Shown in pieces: positions 1 through 9,226 of a DNA stretch of 53,274 nt. Position numbers and translations under genes: made by a program. The stretch lies in IMG/VR virus record IMGVR_UViG_3300011437_000003, positions 1-53,274 of that record. One strand, written 5' to 3'. A model generated the notes under the pieces. That model made no database searches. It had not been told where the DNA came from and saw only the letters and a program-made list of their open reading frames with translations. The stretch's first letter is position 1, and each line of letters opens with the position of its first letter. Source of the DNA: a virus. Lineage: Duplodnaviria; Caudoviricetes.

Positions 1-123
1 ACGAGCGTCCCGCCTCCGGCGACGAACAGGTAGTCTTCGCGGCCCGCAGTCGGCGGCATCCGAGCGAACGTCAGCCGCTCCCCGTCGAAGCCGCCCTGGA
101 GCGCTACGCCATCGCGGTAGAGG
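1..123. repeat. Terminal direct repeat / circular assembly overlap, copy 1
   Basis: Bases 1-123 are identical to 53152-53274 and lie inside a gene that reads through the junction. Confidence 0.97.
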
Positions 124-338
124 ACGCCTCCCGTCCCCTGGAACCGGACGTCCCGGAAGCGATAGAGCGAGTGCGTGCCCGGCATCGCGTACAGCAGCAC
201 GAGGCCGAAGCGGCTGCGGAGGGTCCCGGAGCGGATCGAATTGATCCCTTCGGCACGACGCAGTGTGCCAGCGGGCATGCCGTCGCGGGCGCCCATCGGC
301 CACCATCCACGTGCGAAGTCCCGCCACCCAACGCGCAT
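1..338 (-). CDS. Tail nozzle/stabilisation protein (P22 gp10 / T7 gp12-like), 5' part; continues across the junction into 53151..51798
   Basis: ATG at 338 overlaps the upstream stop (TGATG). MRVGWRDFARGWWP... reads in frame into MPPTAGREDY... of ORF 51798..53210, giving about 563 aa. Position precedes GNAT and ejection genes. Confidence 0.75.
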   Translation of the reverse strand, partial: MRVGWRDFARGWWPMGARDGMPAGTLRRAEGINSIRSGTLRSRFGLVLLYAMPGTHSLYRFRDVRFQGTGGVLYRDGVALQGGFDGERLTFARMPPTAGREDYLFVAGGGTL

Positions 339-2935
339 CAGCAGGCCGTCACGATCCCGTTCACGACAGTGAACGTCAGGAGGCTTACGGTCCCGGCGGT
401 ACACGACACCCCGGCCGTCCCGTTCGCCCAGTACACGCCCTGCACGTTGATCGCCCCCGCCTTGTCTCCGCCGGTCGGGGCCCCGACTTGGACACCTGCC
501 TGGACGGTGAACGGAAAGAGCACGTTGCTCCCGTTCGAGCGGATCGTTGCTACCCTGAAGATTCCGTTGGTCGCGGCGTCGGGGCCCCACGCGAGGGCCT
601 GCGTGATCGCGGACGACACCTGATAGAGAGTCCCGTGGCTCGCGCTGTTCGCGCCCGCGCTTGACCCGGTGACGTGCAGGGTACCGACCGAAGGCGTCGT
701 ACTCCAGGCCGGCGCCGTCGAGGTCCCCGCCGACGCCAGCACGCTTCCGGTGGCGACCGCCGCCAGCCGACTCCAGGTCGGCGTGGTCGCGCTCGCGTAG
801 ATCAGGTCGCCGATCGCCGCCGTGCTGAGCCCCGTCCCACCCTTGACACCGGGCAACACGCCCGTCACCTTCGTGGTCAGGTCAATCGACCCCGCGAGCA
901 TCGCGTTGGTCACCGCCAGCGCGGCGATGGTCGTAGCGCACGAACCGGCCGACGTCGTGACGCTGCCCGTGAGGGCCGGGAGCTGAGCGCACGTCGCGGA
1001 CCCAGCGAGATGGGAGAAGTTCAACGCCGCGTCGGCCACCTGATAGCCGGACGTCACGTTGATCTTGCCGGCTCCGGGGTCGATGCGGGCTCCAAGAGCG
1101 CCCACCATAAAGCCCCCCGTGGCTCCGATCGTCGCCCGCACGATCTCCAGGGTGGCGAAGTCGATCGGCTGCGCCGCGCCGGTCATGACCAGCAGGCGGG
1201 TGCTGGTCACCAGCGCCGCGAGGCTGTTGCGCGACACTCCGCTGAGCGTGCCGCCATAGGCGGGGCCATACGCCACCGAATTGAGGTAGTTGCCCGCACT
1301 CCCCATGGCGCCGACATACCCAAACCCGGTGCTGCTCAAGTTCTTGATGTAGGCGCCGATGGGAACGCCGGGCCCCGACTGCTCGACCGCAATGCCAGTG
1401 GTCGGGGGCACAAGACCGATCCCGATGGACGGCGTCACGTAGACCCCGCCCGCGACCGCCGCCATCACCACTGTGCGGGTCCCGGCGTCGTCGATCATGT
1501 CAGCGATCGGCACGCCGTCGACCCACGTGTTCGTCTCGACGGTGGTGTCGGTGGCGTTCGCGGTGATAACGATGTCTTTCGCGCCTGGCGTCGACCCGCG
1601 CTTGATCCGTACGCCACGGATGATCGTCTTGCTGGCATGGTTGACCCGGATGCCGTCGAGCACCGGGATCTGGATCGTTCCGCCACTGATGACCGTGCCG
1701 ACCGCGGCAAACCCCACGTTGCCGTCGATGTCGAAGGCCGCGCCGTTCGGGCCGGGCTGCCCCTCCACCTGGTTCTCGGTGAGCATTACGCCCGACGCCG
1801 CGCCGCCGCCGCTCACACCGCCGCGGATGAGCACGGCGCCCGCGCCGGCAAACAGATTGCCGTGCACGAGCAGGCTCCCGGCGCCCCCGATGGGGTTGTA
1901 GTCGAGCCCGACCGCGGACACGCCAGCCTCGAAGCCGTAGATCTCATTGTTCGCGATGCGGATGTTGTCGCCCGCCAGCTCAAACGTGATCCCGGCCACC
2001 AGACGGTTATCGGTGATGGTCGAGTGCGCCGGGGTCCCGAAGATGGTCCCGGTTCCCGAGGCGTAGATCGCCCGGCCCTGGCCGACATGATCGAGCTTGA
2101 GCCGGGTCACCATCAGGTTACGGATGTGGCCAAGCGAGCCGTCGAGATGCAGGACGTGACGCCCGCCCACGCCGGTCAGCGAGCCCGAGATGCGGAAGTG
2201 GCTGAACTCGTAGAACGCCACCCCGGCGCCCGTGACCGAGGGCCGCGCCACGAAGATGTCGGCGGTGCTGCTCGTCGCCGCGTCCACCACGAAGTTGCAG
2301 TCGTCCCCGGCGCCCGTCATGGTGACCGGGGCCGTGAACGTGACGGTGCCGTTGACCGGGTAGTCGCCCACCGGGCAGTAGATCGTCGCTCCGGTCGGTA
2401 CGATGGCGATCAGCGCATTGAACGCGGTGACGTTGGCCGCCGCGCTGTTGGTGGGCAGGCAACCCGTCGCCGCCCCGCCGTAGTTTGCCTGGATGTTGTA
2501 GACCTGGCCTCCGCGATCCGTGAGCGTCCCGGTTACCGTCCCAGGCGCAATCACGATCGACGGCAGCGACAGCGTGAGGTTCGGCCCCGCCGTCGTCACC
2601 GTGAGCTGGTTCGCAGTCCCGAGCAGGTTGAGCGGGCCCACGAGCCCGTTGATCGCGGTGACCCCAGCCCCGGCGCCCGTGATCGGAACCCACGCGGTAC
2701 CGTTCCAGTAGTACGCCGCTTTGTCGGTGGGGCTCCAACAGAACACCCGGTTCGTCTCCGGGTTGCGGACCTCGGGGCAGAGCGAGAGCGGCATCTGGTA
2801 GCCGACGGTGCGAGGTTGAGCGCTCGCCCCCGCCACCATGACGAGCATGACGAGGGCGAGCGTCAGTACGGAGACCACGGTTGCGGATCGGCCGTCTGTG
2901 GGTACTCGAAGAGGACCACCCCCTCTACGGATCAC
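338..2935 (-). CDS. Tail spike/fibre with pectate-lyase-like beta-helix and N-terminal signal peptide
   Basis: Likely GTG start at 2935 overlapping the upstream TGA. Hydrophobic VVSVLTLALVMLVMVAGASA|Q. Pectate_lyase_3-like VYNIQANYG...NVTAFNA...TIYCPVGDY, followed by G/T/A-rich fibre repeats. Confidence 0.8.
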   Translation of the reverse strand: MIRRGGGPLRVPTDGRSATVVSVLTLALVMLVMVAGASAQPRTVGYQMPLSLCPEVRNPETNRVFCWSPTDKAAYYWNGTAWVPITGAGAGVTAINGLVGPLNLLGTANQLTVTTAGPNLTLSLPSIVIAPGTVTGTLTDRGGQVYNIQANYGGAATGCLPTNSAAANVTAFNALIAIVPTGATIYCPVGDYPVNGTVTFTAPVTMTGAGDDCNFVVDAATSSTADIFVARPSVTGAGVAFYEFSHFRISGSLTGVGGRHVLHLDGSLGHIRNLMVTRLKLDHVGQGRAIYASGTGTIFGTPAHSTITDNRLVAGITFELAGDNIRIANNEIYGFEAGVSAVGLDYNPIGGAGSLLVHGNLFAGAGAVLIRGGVSGGGAASGVMLTENQVEGQPGPNGAAFDIDGNVGFAAVGTVISGGTIQIPVLDGIRVNHASKTIIRGVRIKRGSTPGAKDIVITANATDTTVETNTWVDGVPIADMIDDAGTRTVVMAAVAGGVYVTPSIGIGLVPPTTGIAVEQSGPGVPIGAYIKNLSSTGFGYVGAMGSAGNYLNSVAYGPAYGGTLSGVSRNSLAALVTSTRLLVMTGAAQPIDFATLEIVRATIGATGGFMVGALGARIDPGAGKINVTSGYQVADAALNFSHLAGSATCAQLPALTGSVTTSAGSCATTIAALAVTNAMLAGSIDLTTKVTGVLPGVKGGTGLSTAAIGDLIYASATTPTWSRLAAVATGSVLASAGTSTAPAWSTTPSVGTLHVTGSSAGANSASHGTLYQVSSAITQALAWGPDAATNGIFRVATIRSNGSNVLFPFTVQAGVQVGAPTGGDKAGAINVQGVYWANGTAGVSCTAGTVSLLTFTVVNGIVTAC

Positions 2936-3213
2936 AACTTCATCCACCGGAACAACGCCCCGCTCGGCGCCGCGACCGCGAACCCGATCGTCACCGACGT
3001 CGAGAGCGCGTCGATTCGCCACGTCGTATCCCAGTTCGGGCCGCCTTGCGGGATATACGACACCGGCAGCGTCACCGAAGTCCCGCCCGCCGGCACGGGC
3101 GTCGTCTGGAGCGTCCCGCTCGGTGCGATCGGCTGTTGGAAGAGATCGTTCAGCGCGCGTTGCTGCGGCTCGGGAAAGAGGCCCGGCGGGATCTGCCGAA
3201 TGCCGTCCGTCAC
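2932..3213 (-). CDS. Small virion structural protein (hypothetical)
   Basis: GTGA-coupled to both neighbours; beta-rich 93 aa. Confidence 0.6.
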   Translation of the reverse strand: MTDGIRQIPPGLFPEPQQRALNDLFQQPIAPSGTLQTTPVPAGGTSVTLPVSYIPQGGPNWDTTWRIDALSTSVTIGFAVAAPSGALFRWMKL

Positions 3214-3800
3214 ACCAACACCAACGCCAGCAGCATGTTCCCGAGGTTGCGACACGCTCCGGCGAACGCGCTGTCCCGATGGTCCGACTCCCGCTCGTAC
3301 TCCCGCGACAGGATCGCCAGCGCCAGCGGAACGTCCAGCCACGCCGGGAGGTCCGCCCGCAGTTCCCCGACTACCACGCCGAGCGCGCGGTCCGGGAAGT
3401 CGTGGCCCATCGGGGACCCGAACAGAAAGCTGAAGTCGGCGGACGCCTGTTGCGGGATCGGGTACAGCCGCACGAAGTGCTCCGGCATGTCCTGCTCGAC
3501 GTACGCCCGTGGCTTCGCCGCGGTTTCGTCCCGCCACGCCGAATTCGTCGCTTCCAGTTCGCGAAGCGTCGCTAGCGGGAGCATGAGATCGTCGTAGAAC
3601 ACCGCGTACTCCTTGACGACGTCGTCGGGAAACTGGTAGACCGCTTCGTTCCGGGTCGTTTCGACCAGGCGCACCGCGGTGCCCACGCCCCACCGTCCCG
3701 CGTCCACCATCATGTCGTCGTAGAAGTCCGCGATCTGTGTGTCCGGGGCAAGGTTCGTCGTCAACTCTTCCACGAGGGCGAGCACCGACGCGCGGCTCAC
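3210..3800 (-). CDS. Head-tail adaptor/tail tubular-like protein
   Basis: GTG start coupled to upstream stop. LRELE...WR...PRAY...RLYPIP pattern typical of podovirus adaptors; synteny. Confidence 0.55.
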   Translation of the reverse strand: MSRASVLALVEELTTNLAPDTQIADFYDDMMVDAGRWGVGTAVRLVETTRNEAVYQFPDDVVKEYAVFYDDLMLPLATLRELEATNSAWRDETAAKPRAYVEQDMPEHFVRLYPIPQQASADFSFLFGSPMGHDFPDRALGVVVGELRADLPAWLDVPLALAILSREYERESDHRDSAFAGACRNLGNMLLALVLV

Positions 3801-4114
3801 TTGAATTTCTCCGGTTTCAACGCGCAGCTCGCAGTCGTACAAGAGGCGATACTATCCCATACCACCTCATCCTCGCTGGCTCGAACGAAACCGTATGTGC
3901 ACCAATTGCATCCGTCTCCTGCCCGACTGCGTACCGCACCGCGCTCACCAATCTTAGTACGCTCAATCTGATCGCGCGGCGTAGTCGAAAGGGACACTGC
4001 ACCGCCCATAGAAACCGAGAGCGTGCCAGACCAACCAAGTTCACTAACTTCTAGCCACGATTCGTCTAACGGCGACGCCAATAACGCAATTGCGGCCAGC
4101 AGCGCCAGGCTCAT
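3797..4114 (-). CDS. Hypothetical Cys-containing protein with hydrophobic N-terminus (possible signal peptide)
   Basis: MSLALLAAIALLASP; CNWC and C-x4-C; lower GC than its neighbours; coupled overlaps. Confidence 0.55.
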   Translation of the reverse strand: MSLALLAAIALLASPLDESWLEVSELGWSGTLSVSMGGAVSLSTTPRDQIERTKIGERGAVRSRAGDGCNWCTYGFVRASEDEVVWDSIASCTTASCALKPEKFK

Positions 4115-4689
4115 CCCGCCTGGTCCTTCAGTCGCCCGGCAAGCGACGACGACACCTCCGCCAGCGGGCCGAACTGTCTCAACTTCAACGACACAAGCAT
4201 CGTCGCGAAGTCGAGGACCATCGGCACCATCTCGTCGTGGACTTCCAGTTCGTCTGCGTCACCCGCGAGCACCGCGGTCAACTTCGGCGACCGCACCGTC
4301 AGGCTGTCCCCGACCCGCGAAGCCGGCCACACCACGACAACATCCCGACCGATCGTCCCGAAGATTTCGTACCGCGGGCCGACAGCCCGGGGCCACCCCC
4401 GGCGCATGCCGAACCACGTCGGGCCCCACGGGACCGGAACGAGATCCCGGTTCCCCTGGCGGATGTACCGGACCTTCACGGACGTCCCGAGCAGCGCGTC
4501 GACCGGATAGAAAATCCGCAGCGGTTCCGTCACGAGCGTCGCTTCGTCGAGAATCCAGCCGAACCGGGCGTTGAGCAGGCGCTGCGCGTCGGAGATCCGG
4601 GAGCGGGTGAAGTCCCGCGTGGCGACGGCGCCCTCGGGATCACGCACGCGCTGGAGCACCACGTCAACGAGCGGGCCGCACGGCGTCAT
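4111..4689 (-). CDS. Head-tail adaptor-like protein
   Basis: VLQRVRDP...ISDAQRLLN N-terminus and VVVWP motif resembling adaptor families; synteny. Confidence 0.5.
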   Translation of the reverse strand: MTPCGPLVDVVLQRVRDPEGAVATRDFTRSRISDAQRLLNARFGWILDEATLVTEPLRIFYPVDALLGTSVKVRYIRQGNRDLVPVPWGPTWFGMRRGWPRAVGPRYEIFGTIGRDVVVVWPASRVGDSLTVRSPKLTAVLAGDADELEVHDEMVPMVLDFATMLVSLKLRQFGPLAEVSSSLAGRLKDQAG

Positions 4690-4943
4690 TTCTTGCGGCC
4701 TCGCCGGACTGCTGCCGTCGCCCGATTATCCCGACGCACCTGAAGCTCAACTTTGTGGCCCCGACCTCGCTTGGCGAGCCACTCCCTTTTACCAAGATAT
4801 CGAATTACACGAAAGGTGCGGAATCGCACAACATGGACAAGCCCGCAGTCGCAACACGTCATCTTGTACCCGTTCATGATCGGACTGATCCAGCGTGACC
4901 AACCTGTTTTCGGGTCCGCGTACTCCTGATGATGGCGAGGCAT
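4686..4943 (-). CDS. Small basic phage protein with CCDCGLVH metal-binding motif
   Basis: 85 aa ORF coupled to neighbours. Confidence 0.6.
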   Translation of the reverse strand: MPRHHQEYADPKTGWSRWISPIMNGYKMTCCDCGLVHVVRFRTFRVIRYLGKREWLAKRGRGHKVELQVRRDNRATAAVRRGRKK

Positions 4944-5911
4944 CAGCCGCCGGCAAACCGCGTATACACCTCGTCGTGCGCCGTCCGAATGAACGGACTC
5001 ATCCGCCCGCCGTCGCCGTACCCCTGCACGATGAACGAGACGTCGTCCACGCCGCGATCAGCGCGGGCCGCGTCCTCGATCAGCCGCTGCCACTTCGTCT
5101 CCTGCGCTCGGTACTCGTTCCGCCACACCGCAGCGGCTTCGAGCATCCCGGCGTCGATCGCCTTTGCCATGCGATGACGCATCGCGTTGATGATCGCGCC
5201 TTCCTTCAAAACGTAGTCCGGGATGACCCGAGGGATTTCGTCCTCGAACTTGAGGTCCCGCGGGAAGCTCCAGTACACGTAGTGGAGCAGCTCATCGACT
5301 CGGGCGTACGGATACACCTCGACAACACGGACGTCGGGGTTGCCGGCGGCGTCGGGGCCCACACCGATCTCGGCCACGGTCGACGGCGTCCCTTGTCCAG
5401 AGAGCCGCGCCGGGCTGTCCAGGTCCAGCTCCGCCAGCGAGACGACCCGGAGCTGCGCCCGCGATCGCATGTGAACGAAGTCCCCGAGCCAGCGAGCGTC
5501 CGGGGCCAGGGTGAGGTAGCGTGCAGCGATGCTGTAGCCGATCCCGGCAGCCGACGCGACCACGTACGGAGACTCCAACGTCAGCGTGCCCCCGGTGAAC
5601 TGCGCGATCCGGTACCACTCTTGGTCTTGACCACGGAAGAACCGTCCCAGCAGACTGTTGTCCGGCACCGCCGTCCACACCGCGAGTGCAGCGGCGTCAG
5701 GGGTCACGGTGCGACTCCCTTGTGTGACGGTGACGGTGCCGGTTTGGAGGGTCGCCGGCTGGACCAGCTCGCCAATCTTGCGGAGGTGCCGGTACTTCAC
5801 CTTCGTGACGAGTTCGCGGTATCGCTCCGCGACCCACTCAGCGCACGCGACATGCCCGGCGTCGGACGCGGTATCGAGGAGGACCCGGCGCGCGACGTCC
5901 GACACCTGCAT
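4943..5911 (-). CDS. Head-tail adaptor protein with inserted beta domain
   Basis: 322 aa downstream of capsid genes; GTVTVTQGSRTVT insert and VEVYP motif. Confidence 0.55.
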   Translation of the reverse strand: MQVSDVARRVLLDTASDAGHVACAEWVAERYRELVTKVKYRHLRKIGELVQPATLQTGTVTVTQGSRTVTPDAAALAVWTAVPDNSLLGRFFRGQDQEWYRIAQFTGGTLTLESPYVVASAAGIGYSIAARYLTLAPDARWLGDFVHMRSRAQLRVVSLAELDLDSPARLSGQGTPSTVAEIGVGPDAAGNPDVRVVEVYPYARVDELLHYVYWSFPRDLKFEDEIPRVIPDYVLKEGAIINAMRHRMAKAIDAGMLEAAAVWRNEYRAQETKWQRLIEDAARADRGVDDVSFIVQGYGDGGRMSPFIRTAHDEVYTRFAGG

Positions 5912-5923
5912 GTCGGGGCCGGG

Positions 5924-6112
5924 TTACGCCTGTCGGTAGGAACGGAGGTGTGGGCCCTGCGTGAGCCGGGCTCCGCGGTCGGCGGGCACCGGAGTCGGCG
6001 CCGTCCCGACGTCCGGAAGCATCCGCTGAACCTGCTTGCGGATGCCGGCGGGGACGTCTTCGAGCTTCTGTTTGCCGGATTTCACGTCTCGTGCGAGATC
6101 ACGCATACCCAC
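5924..6112 (-). CDS. Small hypothetical protein
   Basis: 62 aa ORF in the late operon. Confidence 0.5.
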   Translation of the reverse strand: MGMRDLARDVKSGKQKLEDVPAGIRKQVQRMLPDVGTAPTPVPADRGARLTQGPHLRSYRQA

Positions 6113-6115
6113 AGA

Positions 6116-7033
6116 TCACGCTCCTGGAACGCCGGCCGTCATGGCGGCGACGTCAGCCGAGTAGTTCCGCCACACGTCGGTGGCATGTCCGGTGTACCCG
6201 TGGGCGTTGTCGACGTCCGCCTCGATGTCGGAGAACTGGTTGATCCCGACGTAGTTCTTGCCTTCGGTGCCGCCGGACGTGTTGATGACGACGGTCGCGG
6301 GGTCGAAGCGGTTGCCGTCGAGCACGCACTGGTTGCACGGCAGCACGATGTGGTTGGTGTTCGTGGCGAACCACGAGCGGAGGATGCGCCAGCGCAGGGG
6401 CGAGGCGATCCCGGCCCCGGCCGTGTGCTGGATCGCCGTGACGAGGCCCATGAACTCGCAGTCCTCGATCGTGTTGTGGTGGGACCCGCCGTGATCGTCG
6501 ATGCCGATGCCGACCGGGGCCCCGTCGTCCCCGATGAACTTGCACCGCTGGATGATCGCGTGGGAGCCGTCGGGATAGGTCGCGTCTTCCGCCCGCCGAA
6601 TCCGAACCGCAGCGATGTTGGCGGCGGGAACGAACAGGATGTTGTGGATCTCCCAGCCCTGCATCCGCAGGGTCAGGAGCGGGGTCGTCGCGACGGGCGA
6701 GGCCGGGGTCCGCCACCGCGCCCCGTCGTCGTGCCGCACATTGCCACCGTAGTTCCCGGTGATGACGACGCCCTCGACGTTGAGCGGGGCGGTGAGCTGC
6801 TCACGGATGTCCCCGCGCACGTGGATCACGTCGTTGCTCGCCACGAGCGCGAGGGCCCGGGCCATTGTCGCGAGCGGGCCGTTGTTCGACGAAGTCGTGT
6901 TGGGCTCGGTGCCGGTGTTGCCATCTGCGCCCTCGACGCTGTCGACGAAGTAGTGCAGGCCGCCGAGTGGGTAGACCGCCCCACCCGGAAAGAGCGGAAC
7001 GCCGAAGCTGGAGATGCCGGAGAATTCCGTCAT
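6116..7033 (-). CDS. Right-handed beta-helix protein, possible capsid-associated spike
   Basis: YFVDSVEGADGNTG...PLATMARAL...DVIHVRG start and IQRCKF/IEDCEF/LDGNRF helix rungs; RBS GGAGG; directly follows the MCP. Confidence 0.65.
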   Translation of the reverse strand: MTEFSGISSFGVPLFPGGAVYPLGGLHYFVDSVEGADGNTGTEPNTTSSNNGPLATMARALALVASNDVIHVRGDIREQLTAPLNVEGVVITGNYGGNVRHDDGARWRTPASPVATTPLLTLRMQGWEIHNILFVPAANIAAVRIRRAEDATYPDGSHAIIQRCKFIGDDGAPVGIGIDDHGGSHHNTIEDCEFMGLVTAIQHTAGAGIASPLRWRILRSWFATNTNHIVLPCNQCVLDGNRFDPATVVINTSGGTEGKNYVGINQFSDIEADVDNAHGYTGHATDVWRNYSADVAAMTAGVPGA

Positions 7034-7042
7034 CGCCGCCTC

Positions 7043-7960
7043 CTAGCCCGTGCTGCCATCGACGCCAGCCCAGACGCCGAACGTGGAGGCCGCCATGTGC
7101 CGCTGCCAGCACGTGAAGATCGCGTTCTTGGTCCAGGGATCGTCGAAGGCATCGAAGATCGGTTCGTCCCGGGTCATGAAGTTGAGGTCGTGGACGCCCT
7201 TCGGGGCCAACGCCCACCACGCAGTCTGCGAGGTGAGGTAGTGGCCGATCATCCACGAGAACTCCTCTTCGAGGAGGGAATTCCGCTCGTTGTTCGCGGT
7301 GAACGGCTTGCCGGACGACCCGAGGATCTCCCGCGCGACGAACCGGTTGAACTCGTGCAACAGGAACATCACCGGGGCCATCATCCGCGGCAGGCCGCGG
7401 GCGTCGACCATGCTGGCGAACCGCTGCACGGAGTTCTGAATCCCGGTGATCGAGAACCCGATGTCGGGACTCGGCCGGTTCGCCTGCGAGATGCTCGCGT
7501 CGGCGAACGAGACGTGAGCCGTCGAGCAGAGGGATTCCCCGACCACGAACCCCGGGAACGCCGTGTTGAAGGCGTTGTTGAAGACGCTCCACGCGGAGAC
7601 TTCCTTGCGGTTCCGGGATGCGCGGGCGAGACCGCCGCTCAGATCCCGCATCACCCCGTAGTTGTCGTCCCGCCACATGGCGTAGGTGATCTCGATGGCC
7701 ATGCCGTAGGCCGTCGAGGTGTACGACTTGGTCGGGCCCTGCGTGGACCCGTCGAGCGGGAAGCGGTCGCCTTCGGGCATCGCGCCCATGGTCCCGAGGC
7801 CGCTGTAGATCTGGTCGGTGACGGTTGCGTACGGCAGGGTCCCGGTGTTCAGGATCTCCGGGTACTCCAACGCGCGTTCCTTCCCGACGTCGATGTAGAC
7901 GCGGTAGAGGTCGGGGCGCAGGAGCCCCGAAAAGGCGTTCGTGACTTGCGGTGCGGGCAT
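7043..7960 (-). CDS. Major capsid protein (HK97 fold, Mu gpT-like)
   Basis: 305 aa; EG...YGMAIEIT...DD.YG...LARAS, GESLCSTAH, and C-terminal W.GVDGSTG motifs. Confidence 0.85.
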   Translation of the reverse strand: MPAPQVTNAFSGLLRPDLYRVYIDVGKERALEYPEILNTGTLPYATVTDQIYSGLGTMGAMPEGDRFPLDGSTQGPTKSYTSTAYGMAIEITYAMWRDDNYGVMRDLSGGLARASRNRKEVSAWSVFNNAFNTAFPGFVVGESLCSTAHVSFADASISQANRPSPDIGFSITGIQNSVQRFASMVDARGLPRMMAPVMFLLHEFNRFVAREILGSSGKPFTANNERNSLLEEEFSWMIGHYLTSQTAWWALAPKGVHDLNFMTRDEPIFDAFDDPWTKNAIFTCWQRHMAASTFGVWAGVDGSTG

Positions 7961-7975
7961 CTCTGCGCCCCCTTC

Positions 7976-8503
7976 CTAGATGTTCGCGGAGCCGGCGTTC
8001 GCCGTGCCCCGGGCTGGAGTCGTGACGATGAACTGCACGCGCCCGTTGACCGTACCGATCGGGTCGACGAGCCCGATGACCAGCGCACCGCCCGTGTCGG
8101 ACACGGCGTTCGCGTCGAGGTAGTAGAACCCGGTGCTGAAGGCCCCGTCGAGGACGATCGGGAAGGTCTCATAGAGGTCGGTCAGCGCGAGCGTGTGCGT
8201 GCCGGCCGTCGAGTCCGAGAGGGTCCCCATGAACACGACGTCCGCCCCGACGAACGCGAACGGGACATCAGCGTCGGTCACCCCGGTCGCGTCGGCCAGG
8301 GCCATCCCGAGCGTACGCTTGTCGACGGCGCTCGCGTCGATCGGGGACGTGCTCACCGTCAGGCGCCCGGCGCCGTCGTCGATGAGGAACGCTCCGATCT
8401 TCCACGTCTGCGTGGCTTTCTCGAAGCCGTGCAAGACGACCTCGGAGGTCTTCCCGAGAGTCTTGACGAGCTGGGCTCGCTTCGGCGCACTGGTCAGCGG
8501 CAT
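7976..8503 (-). CDS. Capsid decoration/cement protein
   Basis: 175 aa beta-rich protein directly upstream of the MCP; RBS GGAGG. Confidence 0.6.
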   Translation of the reverse strand: MPLTSAPKRAQLVKTLGKTSEVVLHGFEKATQTWKIGAFLIDDGAGRLTVSTSPIDASAVDKRTLGMALADATGVTDADVPFAFVGADVVFMGTLSDSTAGTHTLALTDLYETFPIVLDGAFSTGFYYLDANAVSDTGGALVIGLVDPIGTVNGRVQFIVTTPARGTANAGSANI

Positions 8504-8515
8504 GTCATCCCTCCT

Positions 8516-9226
8516 TTACCGTCGTCGCATGGCGGAAGCCGGGGCCCCTGGCACCGTGCCACCGCGGATGTCTTGGTCGAGTCGTTGCCACGCCGCACGC
8601 TCCTGTGCGATGGCGCGGGCGTTCGCCTCTTGAGCAGCGGTCCATCCGCTGTTGAGCGCTTGAAGCCCCTCGGTGTCGAAGACCCGAACGCCTGCGCGCT
8701 CGGCCCGCTCTCGCAGATCGGCGTCCACGCCGAGTTCCAGCCGCCGGGTCGCCTCGTACTGAAGCCGCCGGAGCATGATGTACCGCGCACGGGGAATCCG
8801 CAGCAAGATGGTATCCCCGACGATGATACTGCCGTCGGGCGCGATGCAGTGTTCGAGGCCCTCAGCATCGGGGTCCTTCGCGAGGACCCGATCCCAGCCC
8901 TGCGCCCGAGCCGACAGGAAATGTCGGTTCCCGAGCTTACGCTGCGGATCGCACTGCTCCCACTTGTAGACGTAGTCCGGACGGGCGTTCGGGACTTCCA
9001 TCTCGTTGACACCCTGCGCGTTGTACGTGTGCTGAAGGATGTCGCGATCGGGCTCCAGCGCTTGCTGGCTGATGGTCCCGCCGGCAGCGCCGAGTTCCTC
9101 GGCCTTCGCGGCGAGTTCGTCCGTGCGCTGGGCGAGGACTTCACGGCGGGCGTCGCCGGCCGGCGGGAGCGTGCCCACGCCACCGGGGCCTTGGTGGATG
9201 ACACGGGGTTCGGTCGACGCGGCCAT
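8516..9226 (-). CDS. Conserved head-module hypothetical protein
   Basis: YVYKWE...GWDRV...GDTILLRIP pattern often found between scaffold and MCP. Confidence 0.6.
   Translation of the reverse strand: MAASTEPRVIHQGPGGVGTLPPAGDARREVLAQRTDELAAKAEELGAAGGTISQQALEPDRDILQHTYNAQGVNEMEVPNARPDYVYKWEQCDPQRKLGNRHFLSARAQGWDRVLAKDPDAEGLEHCIAPDGSIIVGDTILLRIPRARYIMLRRLQYEATRRLELGVDADLRERAERAGVRVFDTEGLQALNSGWTAAQEANARAIAQERAAWQRLDQDIRGGTVPGAPASAMRRR

Noticed and set aside
1-123. Biological terminal repeat marking the real genome ends
   Set aside because: It falls mid-gene and has the size of an assembler overlap; real termini cannot be inferred from it
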